Below are positions 41,163-53,372 of a DNA stretch of 64,000 bases, in pieces (position 1 is the first letter of the stretch; every line of letters begins with the position of its first letter). The DNA is from Haplodiscus bocki (lineage: Eukaryota). Under the pieces are notes generated by a model. The model did not search any database. It was not told where the DNA came from and worked only from the letters and a program-made list of their open reading frames with translations. A program made the translations under genes and the position numbers. The DNA lies in the NCBI GenBank assembly GCA_965655095.1, contig OZ296656.1:55490001-55554000 (forward strand), written 5' to 3'.

Positions 41163-41320
41163 CAAGCTAGATCGCACGTTGAGTACTCATTCAGCTTGGA
41201 TGACTTCCTCAAAAAGGACCCGACAGAGAGTTTGAAGGTGTTAGCACGTGTGCCCCTGGAGCAGTTGTTTGTCAGCAACATCAACGAGAATTTGTTCGGT
41301 TCTCTCGTCAATGGAATCAT
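41163..41320 (+). CDS. BEST: Bestrophin coding exon 6 (not in ORF track)
   Basis: TGTTTTAG|QARSHVE...LKKD...NLFGSL (bestrophin L.KD and F.GS motifs)|GTTAGT, phase 2. Confidence 0.8.
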
Positions 41321-44300
41321 GTTAGTAACTAAATATTTAAAATATTTTGGGACAAAAGCAGACTTGGCTTGAAACTCAAAAATTGTGACTGAAAGGAAGC
41401 AGTTTTTAGGATTTTTTAATTTTGCGTCGTAATATATTGCGGAAGGAAAATCTTATTCTGTGAGTAGACTTTTTTCCGCTCGTTCGTCAATTCTGGCTCC
41501 GTCAACTTTTGTCCAACATATCCGCTAATCTAACTAATGTTTGGAGCATTTTTGTAGCAAGTTGATCTAAATATCTCTGATTGATGAAATGTTCAAATTA
41601 TCCGGGATGATAAAAAAACAGACAAATCAATTTTGAGAACACCATCCAAAATTTTCGCTTAAACTCCGAAAAGTTCTGGAAATGTATAGATTTTCTCTCC
41701 CAAAATGTCCCTTTGGACACGTAGAAATCGGTTTTGAGAAGTTTTTGTCCAACATTGTACTGACTGAGCTAAAAGGAAGACTTCTCGCACTCAAATGTAC
41801 CTATGTTTTTCTTAAGTTTTTAGCCATTTCGTTTTTGAGCCATTTGTGACCGATCCACTGTCGATGGAAAATATCGATGCGCTGCTGTGCCTCTTATTAT
41901 TTTCCATCATTTTTCAATATGGGAAGAAAATCTTCCTCTCGCCGAGTGCATTATCAGTCGGTGCTCTACAAAACAATGCCGGTTAAGTCATTTTTTAAAA
42001 CTTTTTGTAGGACAACAAACAGACTCACTTCGAATTGGTCCATTTTTTGTACAGTTGTAGTATTTTTCTTGCAAATCGCTGTTTTTGATGCTACGAATTG
42101 TACGATACCTATCAAAACTATTAGAATCGAATAGAATTTTTAAAAAGTTCGTGACTTATCCCTTGATTATCCATCACTCCAATATTCCCTATTTTTAACA
42201 TAAGGAAGTAACCACCACACTCGAATAAAAGCCAACGTCGACTGAATGATAACATTTTTGATGTTTTGTGGTTGATAGGAGAATAATCGAATTGAGGCAC
42301 AGTCTGTTCCGGCAACGCCCTATATTATCCTCCCAAAAAATGGTTCGCGAATGCTGGCGAAAGTCGCAGGGATTATTCAACTTACCGCTGGTATACTGAA
42401 ATTTCTTGAACAAAAAGCAAAATTATGGGTCAATTTTTTTCCGGGAAAAAACTAATGTCAAAACACTACCAATACCCCCACTTATCCCTCGATTTACCGC
42501 TTTTCCAATATCCTTCATTTGTGACCGCATGCTTTTTGGTTGAAGTTCATAATCGTGAAAGTCGTTTTTACGCCGAGTTCGACCAGATGATTACTTTTAT
42601 GATGTTTCATTCCAACTTCGCTGATGAAATTCGAGCTGGCACTTCAGCCGAAAATGCTGCTCTAATGCTGGCGGAAAGTTGAGGTTTTATTTAAATTCCC
42701 TTTAAAACACAGTTTTCATCGAGATGCCAAAACTTCGCAACATTGTGAGTTCCCCTTAGAAATGTTTTGGAGTTAAAGGTGGCACAGACTCTAGCCATTC
42801 CTGACTTGTTTCATTTTTACGTGCCAATTAGTAGCGCGATTGCAAGAGATTGTGACTTTGGCATATCAGTAACTTGTAGCAAATTTGTCGGAAATTGCGA
42901 GTGAAGTGGGTACATTGCTCGAAAAGTACGAAAAATCAGTTTTTTTGAAGATTTCCTTTTTGAAACCTCTGTACAATGAGTTTAAAATGGCAAAATTTCC
43001 TTAAAACGCTCGAAAATGGCAGAAAAGGCAATTTTTTTAAAAAAGACGAAAGTTTAATATGGAAGACGAAGGTATTCGATCTTATAGTGACATCATTTGA
43101 CTTTTTCAAATATCGAAAAATATTACAGGTACGACTGCTTTTTCCAGACCACGAAACCATGTCCGGACATTTCTGCCTCACTTGGCCAATTGAAGTAACG
43201 TGTGATTGCGTCACTTCCTCACGTATTGTAACATGTACCGTGCTTAAGGCGACAGTGCTTTTGTAACTTTTGAGTTCCATGTTTCGCCAACAATCGATTT
43301 GAATTGTAAATTTTGCAAGAAAAAGACATGAATAAATGAAATTTTTGACTTTTAAACTATTGCTCTGTTTTGGGATTTTTCTGGTTTTTGCGGAGGAGCT
43401 ATGATTAACGTATGAGGCTCTAACGGGCCACATAATAAATTTTGGTTGCGGTCCGAATTTTTTTCGACCGCTATTTCTCGCTTTTCCGATGATGCTCTGT
43501 CAGCTTTATGTCCTCTATCCTAGCACCTAGTTGTGAAAATCAACAAAATTTGGCTGAGGGAACTCATGGAAAAAAATTATTTGATCACATTGAAACTTGG
43601 TTGCTATGTGAATATTTTTCGACATGCGGAAGAAACTTGGAAATTGAGCTATTTTTGACTTCTTCGAAGATATTTCATCGTTTTTGAGGTCTATATGGCT
43701 GGGCCCATACCTCAAATTTGCACAATTTCTGCTCAAACAACATGGACATCGATCAAATACTTAAATATTTTTCGCTGCGGTGTAAGAGTTTTTCGACAGG
43801 TTTCTAACGAAAGAAATTTGAACTTAGCTTTGATCGCGTCTGTCACTTTTAATGTCTTACTACTTTTTGGCATATAAGCGCTCAAACATTCAAGTTTTTT
43901 AAGGACGTGAAAATCAGAATTCAGTCCATCACATGGAAAGTTTCTATTTCTCTTGCGAAACGTTTTGTCGAAAGAGACGTGAAAATCTTTGTCATATTCG
44001 ATGTCATATCACCTTGCCTGTCTCCAAAGCTCCAATATTTTCTGTGGGTGCCCAGCCGTTAATGGCATAAATGCTTTGTTTAAAAGCAATTTCGTGTCTT
44101 TTCGTTTTCCGGGAGGATCTGGTACTTGCAAGAAGACAAACCAACCAGACTTTTGTCCTAGTTTCATCACTTTTCTGACAATTTTCCGTGTTGCAATGAA
44201 ATTCAATATAGCGTTCCCATGCTTCGATATACGAGCCCCGACAGGCGACTATTTTTCCAGACATTTGTTCATTAGACAACTGCGGCAGATCAAAGTTGTA

Positions 44301-44474
44301 ACTTTGTTGTGAAGGTCACTTCGTTTTACTGTTGAATTAAATGTTTAATATAACTCAGTAATTTAATAGTGTTCAGTAAAATGAACAGTTCAGCGCCTCG
44401 CATTTCGATTCTTCGCCGTTAAGTGCAGAATTGCATTTGTAAAATTCAACACTCGATTATGTGACATTTACGTC

Positions 44475-44523
44475 AGTAGTATATGCTGGGGGGGGGTCCC
44501 CCGCACAGTTTCATGGCTCCCTA
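44475..44523 (+). repeat. Maverick left TIR
   Basis: AGTAGTATATGCT-G9-TCCCCCGCACAGTTTCATGGCTCCCTA. Confidence 0.95.
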
Positions 44524-45197
44524 AATTTCATCGAAGTTTTTACCAGAAATTTAACTCCCGAATGACCATATATGGTTACCAAAACACTCTCTGATAATAA
44601 CGAGAGCTATCACTAGACATCGGAACTTCACCCTAATATATTGTGTTGTCAATGAAACCGAAATTTATAGAAAGGTTTCACAGGATATTAGTCTCCAAAA
44701 CTTGAAAATAGCAAGGCAGTGTGGCACGAGTGATTAGGCCTGCAGCAAGGGGTTCGTGGTCCGTAGGATCGAGGCTCACTGAAATCACTAGCGCTACACT
44801 ACCATTTTGGTGAGAAATGCCACTTACCATTCCAGCTTGAGGGCAAAAGTCCATACTATTTGTATAAAATACGTCAAGAGTTCCATTATTCGTATAAAAG
44901 ATTCCAAAGACACCGCCCATAATATTTTTGACACTGCTACATTAGTGTACACGCATACTGGAAACATGAACAACACATGATGAGATATAGCAGTAAAGTT
45001 CAGCATGATCCGTGCTATCAGCTTCAGATGTTTTTTCCATTTTAGGCCTTAAAACCAAATTCAAGCAATTAAAGTCAGAATTATCTTGAATACTCCTAAA
45101 ATATTCCCACCACACATGTCAACAAGAGGAACTGAGCAGTAATTCATTTGCTTATATATTCATTCCTCGAGAAGAATAGCTCCATTAGAAGCTCATC

Positions 45198-46307
45198 ATG
45201 TCTGTTGCAAGAGATTCATCAATTGAGCGCATGCGCTTTGCTTTCTCTTATACGAAACTAACGAAATTATACGAAACTAACGAAATTTACGTGCAAAAAC
45301 TTTGGAGCTCATCAGATGAGGAAATGATAGATCCCCTGGCACAAAAGGAATTTCATCGGTTGTCAGTAACACCTCATTTGGTGGAAAGTTCACCAAAATT
45401 TCTCAAATGGGCCATAGATTTTTCAAATCTAGAATTTTCTGTAACTTTACATTCACAAAATGACAATCAGAAAAATGAAACGGACATATGCTACGACTAC
45501 GGAAGAATTCACTACCATTTGGTGTTTTACAGCGTCAAATTCCCGAAGACAATGGATAAATTGATCAAAAAGATTTTTAATACTGCATTGTTGGAGACAA
45601 TGGTGGGATCACACAGCAGTTACAAGATAGAAATGTTTTCAACAGCGAGTGCAGCTTCCAGGAAAGAGTTCCTCAGAATTACGAAAATTTTACTGGCATA
45701 TGGACCCACAATTCAACGTCATTTCAGCGAATTGAACCACGTTAATACCCGGAGTAACGTTGACTGCATCTGGGAAAAAAGTCAAGCCGTGAGAAAAAGC
45801 TGCAATGATGGCCACGTAATGAAACAAGCACAAATTCTCGACAAACTGGAACGTTCATCAAGTCAATTCAAACACTCCGTAACCGCTATCATCGATTTTT
45901 TGGCTCGAAACAGTTATGGAAAGTTTACGACGACTGAACACAGCTGCACTTTGAATGTCTCTCTCGAACTCGCCAAAGCGCAATGTGATTGCGACGAGTG
46001 TTTTCTAATTCACAACGAGGAAAGAGATGAACAACAATCGATCAACAGTGAAAAATTTCAATACAAGATGAAGGAACCATACTTTTTGAACATTCAATTC
46101 ATGATAAATTTTCCCAGAAAACAGTCGGTTGTGACAATGTATCCTGATTATTATACGGTCAAACAAGTAATCAAAATTTTTGATAAGGTAAAAAGACTTT
46201 TTCCTGAGAACCCAACGAGCAAAAATGCTTTCCTTGCGGTATGCAAAGTAATTAGTTCAGACAAAGATTTGAAAGTAATTAATTCTGAATGCGAATACGG
46301 TGGTTAG
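45198..46307 (+). CDS. Maverick accessory ORF, 369 aa, function unknown (HUH-like GRIHYHLVFY)
   Basis: Uninterrupted ORF inside the TIRs; no family firmly recognised. Confidence 0.7.
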   Translation: MSVARDSSIERMRFAFSYTKLTKLYETNEIYVQKLWSSSDEEMIDPLAQKEFHRLSVTPHLVESSPKFLKWAIDFSNLEFSVTLHSQNDNQKNETDICYDYGRIHYHLVFYSVKFPKTMDKLIKKIFNTALLETMVGSHSSYKIEMFSTASAASRKEFLRITKILLAYGPTIQRHFSELNHVNTRSNVDCIWEKSQAVRKSCNDGHVMKQAQILDKLERSSSQFKHSVTAIIDFLARNSYGKFTTTEHSCTLNVSLELAKAQCDCDECFLIHNEERDEQQSINSEKFQYKMKEPYFLNIQFMINFPRKQSVVTMYPDYYTVKQVIKIFDKVKRLFPENPTSKNAFLAVCKVISSDKDLKVINSECEYGG

Positions 46308-46569
46308 ATAGGACCAGGCAATAGCAGACTTCATCCTTTCCTGCAAAATTTCGAACTTTTCCGTGTTCATGCAGCATTCCATGATGCATTTGGATTCATG
46401 AAAACGCAATACAACTTGGGACCAGGATGTATATGCTTTCGGCGAGAAACCAATTTTTTAAAACTGCTGTCTGCTTGGTCACGTTACGGGGCTGTCGGTT
46501 TGTATTTATCTCAATCTCACAATGTCGGAAAACTATAAAGAATTCCCATTTTGAGGAGAAGGTTTCCAG

Positions 46570-46866
46570 ATGACAGCTGCTTCCTCCTTGCTTCCAAGCG
46601 CAGTTCTTCAACTTTCGGTTGATTCAAAATTGTATGTACAATATAATAATTATCACAACGAATTTCGTATTTATCTCGAGAAATTTGATTACCCGGTTCG
46701 TTCGCAAAACAAAAACTACAAAATTAGGCATTTGACTCCACTAACAGTAGACGAGTTACTTCATTCGACTGAGGCTTCGAAAGTAATTTATTCCACACTT
46801 CAGTACAATCACTACTTCACCCAACAGCAGCATCGACTTCACTACCAACAACAATCAAATTCATAA
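46570..46866 (+). CDS. Maverick small accessory ORF, possibly a PC4-like ssDNA-binding protein
   Basis: LQLSVDSKLYVQYNNYHNEFRIYLEKF follows the PC4 beta pattern (F.IG..RYV.V..FKG...IDIREY); weak. Confidence 0.4.
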   Translation: MTAASSLLPSAVLQLSVDSKLYVQYNNYHNEFRIYLEKFDYPVRSQNKNYKIRHLTPLTVDELLHSTEASKVIYSTLQYNHYFTQQQHRLHYQQQSNS

Positions 46867-47149
46867 GCAAGGAATAGATCAACTGGACACACCAATATGT
46901 CACTGGTGGGAGCATCATCTTTGACAGCGAAGAAAACGAAAGGCCTCCGTGGATAATCACATGCTGCTGCGTTGAAGGAAAATGTGAGAGGTCACTGTTG
47001 GTTTTACTCTTACACTACGGAGTAGTGTTATTATTGGTAACGACTAGTATTGTAGTTCTTATTTTCAGACACAACGGAAAGAAAAGCAGTTTTGGAGTAC
47101 TGGCCATTCTAGCAGCGTGCTTTGGGTATATAATTCCGTCACCGAGACA

Positions 47150-47844
47150 ATGAACAAAATTATTAGCATGGATCCTCACTGCTTTCTTACGGTCATTGCA
47201 CCCAGTGGTTCGGGAAAAACTCATCTAGTTGCGCAACTTCTACGACAGCATCGCCAATTTTTCAAACCCAAATTTGAACAATTTGTCTACTTCTATAAAC
47301 ACTTTCAACCCATTTACGAAGAACTCCTGCTCTCCCTGGGACAGCAAAAATTTCATCTATGTCGAGGAGTCGATTGGTCATTTCTTGACAAAGTTACAGC
47401 ATCAAACAAACCAACCCTTTTGATATTTGACGATGTTTATCAAAATGTCTCCGACACTAAAGAATTTTTGGATCTTGCTATCTCGGGACGACATCAGAAC
47501 CTACATTTATTGGTTTTGAAACATAACTTGTACCAACAATCAAAACATTCAAAAACCATACATTTGAACGTAACACAGATGCTCCTGTTGCGCAATCCAA
47601 GAGATGACAATCAAATTGACTGTTTGGGAAGGCAGTTGGGATGCCGAGAGCTTCTGCTAAACTCCTATAAAAAGCAACACAAGATCAATTTGGTCATTTG
47701 CTGATTGATCTCGACCCTCGTCTGAACGAAAATCTGCGTCTATCTTCCAGCATTATATCAAAGCCTGCAATTTTTTATTGCAACTCAAACGACAACAAAG
47801 TGATGGAACTCAATGATTCCTTCACAGCGTTTATTTACGGTTAA
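47150..47844 (+). pseudogene. Maverick A32/FtsK-like genome-packaging ATPase (one frameshift near 47670)
   Basis: Walker A APSGSGKT, Walker B LLIFDD, GRHQNL...KHNLYQQ; continues as KATQDQFGHLLIDL in a shifted frame. Confidence 0.93.
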
Positions 47845-48139
47845 GCTGTTTTCATCATTTAAACCTGTGTTAAAGAAGCATTTCATTTTGAATTGCAGCG
47901 ATGCAATAATTAAACTTTTCTGTAACTGCGTTTTCAATATCAAACAAGGATCGATAGAACACCAAAATGTCAAAATTCAGTCTCTCAAGAAAAGGATGAC
48001 GCTCATTGAGAAGCTTTGCTCGTCGAAAATTAGACTGGTTTTGAAAAGAGGATTACTTACTGGCTTCGAAACAAGAACTCAGTCTCTTGCGACTTTTGAA
48101 CAATTCAATTCTGAGATACCTGAAACTGCAATGCTATGA
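47813..48139 (+). CDS. Small basic Maverick ORF following the ATPase
   Basis: ILNCSDAIIKLFCNCVFNI..G resembles the 'I..ICEC..N.L.G' small protein I recall in Mavericks; family name not certain. Confidence 0.55.
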   Translation: MIPSQRLFTVKLFSSFKPVLKKHFILNCSDAIIKLFCNCVFNIKQGSIEHQNVKIQSLKKRMTLIEKLCSSKIRLVLKRGLLTGFETRTQSLATFEQFNSEIPETAML

Positions 48140-48753
48140 GCAGCAAAGCAACAGAGATTTGTTCTTGTTCCCGCTGACGTCTATTTTGCGGAAGCACGAT
48201 GCGATATAGTTGGATTACATTCCTCCTCGGTGCTGGATCCTTCAGAACCAGAAAAGATTAAGCTCTCACAACAGAAAATTAGACTGGAAATTATTGAAGA
48301 AAAAAGCGCCGAATCACCGTTGGAAACTACGAACAAAACAACTCAAGTGAGCATTCTCGACCGACTCAAGCAGCTAGAGTCAAATGAAAAGAACGGAAAG
48401 AGCGACAGTTCGGTCAGCGTAAGCAACAAAATACAAGCGGTCATCAGAAAATTGATTGAGATTGGTTTGAGCAGTAGTAAATAAGAAAGACAGGGCGTGA
48501 TACTCGAGCATTTTTCAAAAATTCCCGATTGTCTCTCAACGAACTGTTAGACATTCAACTTGACGGAAATGCGACAGAATTGAATCTATTAACGTTTTTA
48601 AGCGATTTGCAAGTCCTGAACAAAAAACTGAGTGAAAGCGCGTTGAACGTTCTCCGCCTGCTACAAGTCAGCAAACATATCATCTCAAACATCCGAGGAA
48701 AAGATGTCGCTCAACAGTTTTCCACATCAGTATTGTGGATCGAACGCTTCTAA
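48136..48753 (+). pseudogene. Interrupted Maverick hypothetical protein
   Basis: Fragments 48230-48484 and 48529-48753 plus upstream MSSKAQRFVLVP, between ATPase and integrase. Confidence 0.45.
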
Positions 48754-49945
48754 ACTGAAAGTGAGGAGCCTACCAGGAGTTATTCACACACTTGATCAGA
48801 GCAGGAGTTGACAAGAATCCTGGACCTTTGAAGTGCCATTGTTGTTCGAAAAGTTTGGGAAGAAGTATCAAAAAGGCACCAACATTATGGTGTCACGTGT
48901 GCGGATGGCTTCATTTCAAATGCAGTGGTTTAAACTCACCGGCCGACTATGAAAAATCACCAAACTTCCGATGTACGTGGTGTTTAAAAAACACGAGATT
49001 CGCGCTTCAGGCACTACAAAGACTCTACACGACCTTAAACAATCCCTCAGCTTCCGGTTCGAGGCAACCGCTGCGGAGCGCTGCAGCAACAAAAAGAATT
49101 ACTGGCAAGCAAGTGGACAAATTTCTTTCACTCAGTGAAACATACACAAAGTTCCGCGCGAGTAAAAACATTTTCACTCGACTGAAAGTTCAATCCTACA
49201 GCATCAATGAAATCTGGTGTGGCGATTTGGCAGACGTGCATCAACTGGCCAAAGACAATGATGGAAAGAAGTTCCTTGTGGTTTTTGTAGACTGCCTCAG
49301 CCGTTTTTTACGCGTTGAACCCATCGACAACAAGTCAGCTAAACAGACAAGAGCAGCATTGGAAAAAATGACGCGAAAACGAAAACCCGAAAAAAAATTG
49401 GGTTAACAAAGGAAAAGAGTTCAAAGGGGAATTTGGAAAACTTTGCTTGGAGAAAAACATTACGGCGTACAGTACTCATAGTGAGCAGAAGTCGTGTTTT
49501 GCGGAGCGCTATATTCGAACCCTCAAATCAATATTGTTCAAATACCTGCATAAAAACAACACGAGAAAGTACATTGATCAAATTCAAAACTTTGTCAGCC
49601 TAATCACCTCACGTCCCAACAGAACAGCCAAAATTGCTCCCAAAATTATTACCCAACACGATGTACGTTACTTAATTTCACGTCAGCCAATGCCAGCCCA
49701 ATTCGGAAACCACGATACCAAATAGGCGACACTTTACGGATTCGGTTGAAAGTTCTAACATTTCATAAAGGCTACAAAATTCAATTCACAGAGGAAGTTT
49801 CCGAAGTTGTAGCTAACCCAACGCTGAATCCTCCTACATACAATATCAAGCACAAACTTGGACAAATGATTCAGGGCAAATTTTTGAGCAAGAATTAGTT
49901 TTGTTTCGATATAATCGAGAAGACAGTTGGTTGCTAGCTAGCTAG
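48704..49945 (+). pseudogene. Maverick retroviral-like DDE integrase with N-terminal 2A-like peptide and PHD finger; frameshifted
   Basis: AGVDKNPGP; CHCC..CHVC..H..C..CTWC; IWCGDLAD, VDCLSRF, WVNKGKEF (second D replaced by N), FAERYIRTLK, FHKGY...FTEEV...QGKF..QEL. Confidence 0.92.
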
Positions 49946-49948
49946 AGG

Positions 49949-50760
49949 ATGATGGTTGAGCAAAACTTCACAATCAACCTGGTCTCGAATGCTTCCATGG
50001 ACGTATTTCCGGCAAACACCATGGCTCGATTCACAACATTTGCCCAACAAAGTAGAGCTAACTGGAGATTGGGAGGTCGCGCTGTTGGAAGTGTCTTGGC
50101 CGGGAAAAATCAAAAATATGACAAATGCATCGTTCACAATCAGTCGCTTTGATAATGCAAACAGACCATTGAGGCCCGAGCACAATCAAACCATCCCAGC
50201 AGGTTTTTATCCCACTGTAGACACTCTGATGACAAAATTGTTCAAAACAATCTATGAACACGGCGAATACGACAGTGTCACGGAAGGTGGACCCATTGAG
50301 CGAGAAACTTGAAGTGTCGTTGACAGGTCAAGCACCCGAGGACCATTTCTGGATTTTGTTCAAATCTGATGATCTGTCAAAAACTTTGGGAGTGATGGAT
50401 GCAATTTGTGGCACCGTCGAATCACAACGTCAGAAAGGTTTCGCAGCACTAGGCACTTTTCCGGTCGATTTGGAAGGAGGCCGACATACAATGTTCATTT
50501 ATTGTGATTTGGTACAAAACAAAATTTTAGGTGGCTCTCAAGCAGCACTACTGAGAGTGATCCCATTGCAAGAAAACGTAGCATCCACTGGAGCAACTTG
50601 CTACAGAACTTTCGACAAGATGCAATGGAAGCGACTGAATAAGAGTAACTTTCAATCAATCACAATCAGCCTCTGTGACGAGAGTGGTCAACTGATGCCT
50701 TTTGTGAGCATTGGTAGAACCAGTATCACATTTTCCTTTCGACGACGCAAGAAAAAACAT
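49949..50760 (+). pseudogene. Maverick minor capsid protein (penton, PX); frameshifted
   Basis: FTINLVSNASMDVFPANTMARF../LP..VEL.GDWEVALLEV, IPAGFY, MFIYCDLVQ...G....LLRVIP, F.SI.I.L.DE.G..MPF. Confidence 0.88.
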
Positions 50761-50850
50761 CGTCATTCGGTTACAGTCAACTTTTATGAGCAGTTGTGCG
50801 GCTCCGGTGCAATTATCTTCATCATCATCAGCAACATCATCGTCATCAGC

Positions 50851-51317
50851 ATGGATTCGTACTACGCATCTCGGCCACGAGCAGTGTAGGTACGTTTCAC
50901 GGGCCCGCAATAGAGTTTGGTTCAGAGGCCGGATTGGGAGCTTTTGCACTACGCGTTGGACACACAGCCATGCCGCTCTTGAAGAAATATGTAAGCCCTT
51001 TTGTGAAGCAAGTGGGGCAGAATGTTTTGGAAGCGGCTTTGCCCGGAGTTGTAAGTCTAATTAAGGGGAGAAAGGGAAAGCAGTCGTTAAACAAACGAGC
51101 AATAAAAGACAGCGCGAAAAAAGTTTTGGCAAAAATAGTTGAAACACACGCCGCGGCGGGCGGGCGGCTGGCCGTCAAGCCGGAAAAGAAAAGCAGCGCT
51201 TACAGTCAAATCATCGTCCTCCACAGTCATTTCAAACACAAAGTCTGCAAAAAGAAGTCGGCTGGATATTTTGGCAAACGTGAAATTCAACAACAACTCC
51301 TCCGTGTGACAAAATGA
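50851..51317 (+). pseudogene. Small basic putative virion core/cement protein
   Basis: MDSYY...G.GLG.F.LRVG..AMPLLKKY amphipathic basic pattern between penton and MCP; frameshift near the start. Confidence 0.6.
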
Positions 51318-52654
51318 ACAGTAATTGTGGTACAAGCAACGCATTTCACCCACGATTTCATGGTCGAGCATCAGACGTGACCAACCCGGTAGCGCACGGT
51401 GCTCTCGATTTTTTTGAGACCGTCAGTGTTGATAAATTATGAAGGATCTCAGGACCAAGAAGTGTTTCCACAAGTTGGCTGCCGTGGCCCACAACTCGAT
51501 TTTGTCGTTACGTCCGACAGCAGAAATTTGATTGACTTGAACAAAATCACACTTGACTTGGAATGCGCAATCTATGATTCAGATGGAAGAACCCCTGCCG
51601 AGGGATCTATCCCAGTCTGTTTTACCAACAACACGCTCCGCAGTCTTTTTTCACATGCTGAAGCTTTTCTAAACGGGATACTGATATCAACAAGCAACAA
51701 TGCTTACCACCACTCGGCCTTTATTGAGACGGAAATGACCACAGACTTGGTCTCCAAAACAACCTGGGCTGAAACTCACGGTTATCAATACCAAGGAGAC
51801 AAAAGCACAGTTGAAGAAGTCAATAAGTGGAGAAAAGAAAAATTCAAGCAAGGAAAATGCACAAAAAACAAACTCAAACTTGATGGAGCCCCTCACATTG
51901 ATTTCTTTGAGTGCGAAAAGCTTTTGCTGCCAGGCGTCACACTGCACTTACGCCTTCATAGATCGAGCAACGACTTTTCCCTACAATATTTTGCTGAAAG
52001 CGACGATAAATTTGTGATCGTTATTGAGAGAGCTTCAGTGTTTGTGACGAAATTGATTTTGAAGGATTCTGTACGTCTGTCAATAGAAAAAGCACCAATC
52101 AACGCGCGATTGCATTACCCCTGCATTGAAATGATGAACAAAAGTGTACAAAAAGCTGGACAAAACAGTTTTGTGAAAGAAAATCTTTTTGGAACAGATC
52201 CAGTGAGACGACTAACGTTATGCATGGCAACCAATGAGCAGTTCCGTGGAACACTGACCCTCTTCACTATCAACCATTTGGGCTGCAACGGCTGGAAATT
52301 ACGCGAGGAAATGGAGTTCCAATTCCAGGAACACCGTTGGATGTGCGGAATGGAAGGATGAGAGCCTACTACAAAACCATTTGTTCACTTGGTTTTTCTA
52401 GCGGCTGCAAAGGAAATGGAATTGTTTGAGGAAACTTTGAGGATCACTTTGTTTTCGTGTTCGACCTAACATCCACGAGAGAATCTTCAAATAGCTTAAC
52501 GCTGTTTCCTGAGCTCACTGGAGATAGTCTCACGCTGAAGTTACTGTTTGAAAAGGCCTTGGAAAAAACAGTCAAACTGTTTGTCATTGCTGAAAAATTC
52601 AGTCAAATTTTTTTAGATTCGCAGCGAAACATAACCAGAAGTTCATTACTCTGA
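51314..52654 (+). pseudogene. Maverick major capsid protein (double jelly-roll, PY); frameshifted
   Basis: LSIF..P...PQLDFVV....IDL....L..NNTLRSLFS....LNG..I.....Y..AFIET..HIDFF..EKLLLPGV.L.LRL.R; C-terminal FDLT fragment 52457-52654. Confidence 0.88.
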
Positions 52655-52680
52655 AGATTGTGCTATCTTATCCACATCTA

Positions 52681-53198
52681 ATGGACAACTTCAGTCTCCA
52701 AAAGTTGGCCTTTCAGTGCAATCATCTCACTGAATTCTTTCGTGGAGTCCGCAGTGCCGACAACTTCCCGTCAATGTGTAATGACAACGAAGAAGACGGG
52801 AAAGCGTTGTTTCAAATTGTGAATACAGAACCAAGCTATCTACAGGGAAAACACTGGGTTTTACTTTGTCGTCGAAAAAAACAGTCTGGGACTTTTGGCA
52901 AAAAAGATCCGTGCATTGTGTTTTGGGATATTTTGGGAAACGAACCAAAAACTTACAAAAGACTATACACGAGAATAATGAATATGTATAAAAAATTTTA
53001 GTTTTCAACCATCCTCTTCAGAGCCATTTCTCCAACTGTTGTGGATTATATTGCCTACTGATGGCACATCATCTACCAAAATGTGAAAACTTTGAAACTA
53101 TTGCAAAAACGATTCCAAGCAGGATGGTTGATGAGCACATGCTGGTGAGTTTTTTGAATTACCATTATAAAACGTATTATAGCCTTTTGACTACATAG
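52681..53198 (+). pseudogene. Adenain-like cysteine maturation protease (one frameshift near 53000)
   Basis: FRGV.SAD.FP, IVNTEPS...GKHWV, FWD.LG, then LQSHFSNCCGLYC; catalytic H/D/Q/C retained. Confidence 0.92.
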
Positions 53199-53234
53199 TT
53201 ACGATGAAGCTGATCAATTCAAATATTTTTATGG

Positions 53235-53256
53235 TTCTTCTTCCTCCTCCTCCTCC

Positions 53257-53324
<68 letters not shown>

Positions 53325-53372
53325 TACATCATATCATCATCATCATCATCTACATCATATCATCATCATCAC
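53235..53372. repeat. Compound (CTT/CCT)n-(CAT)n microsatellite
   Basis: Long perfect CAT run with degenerate flanks. Confidence 0.97.
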
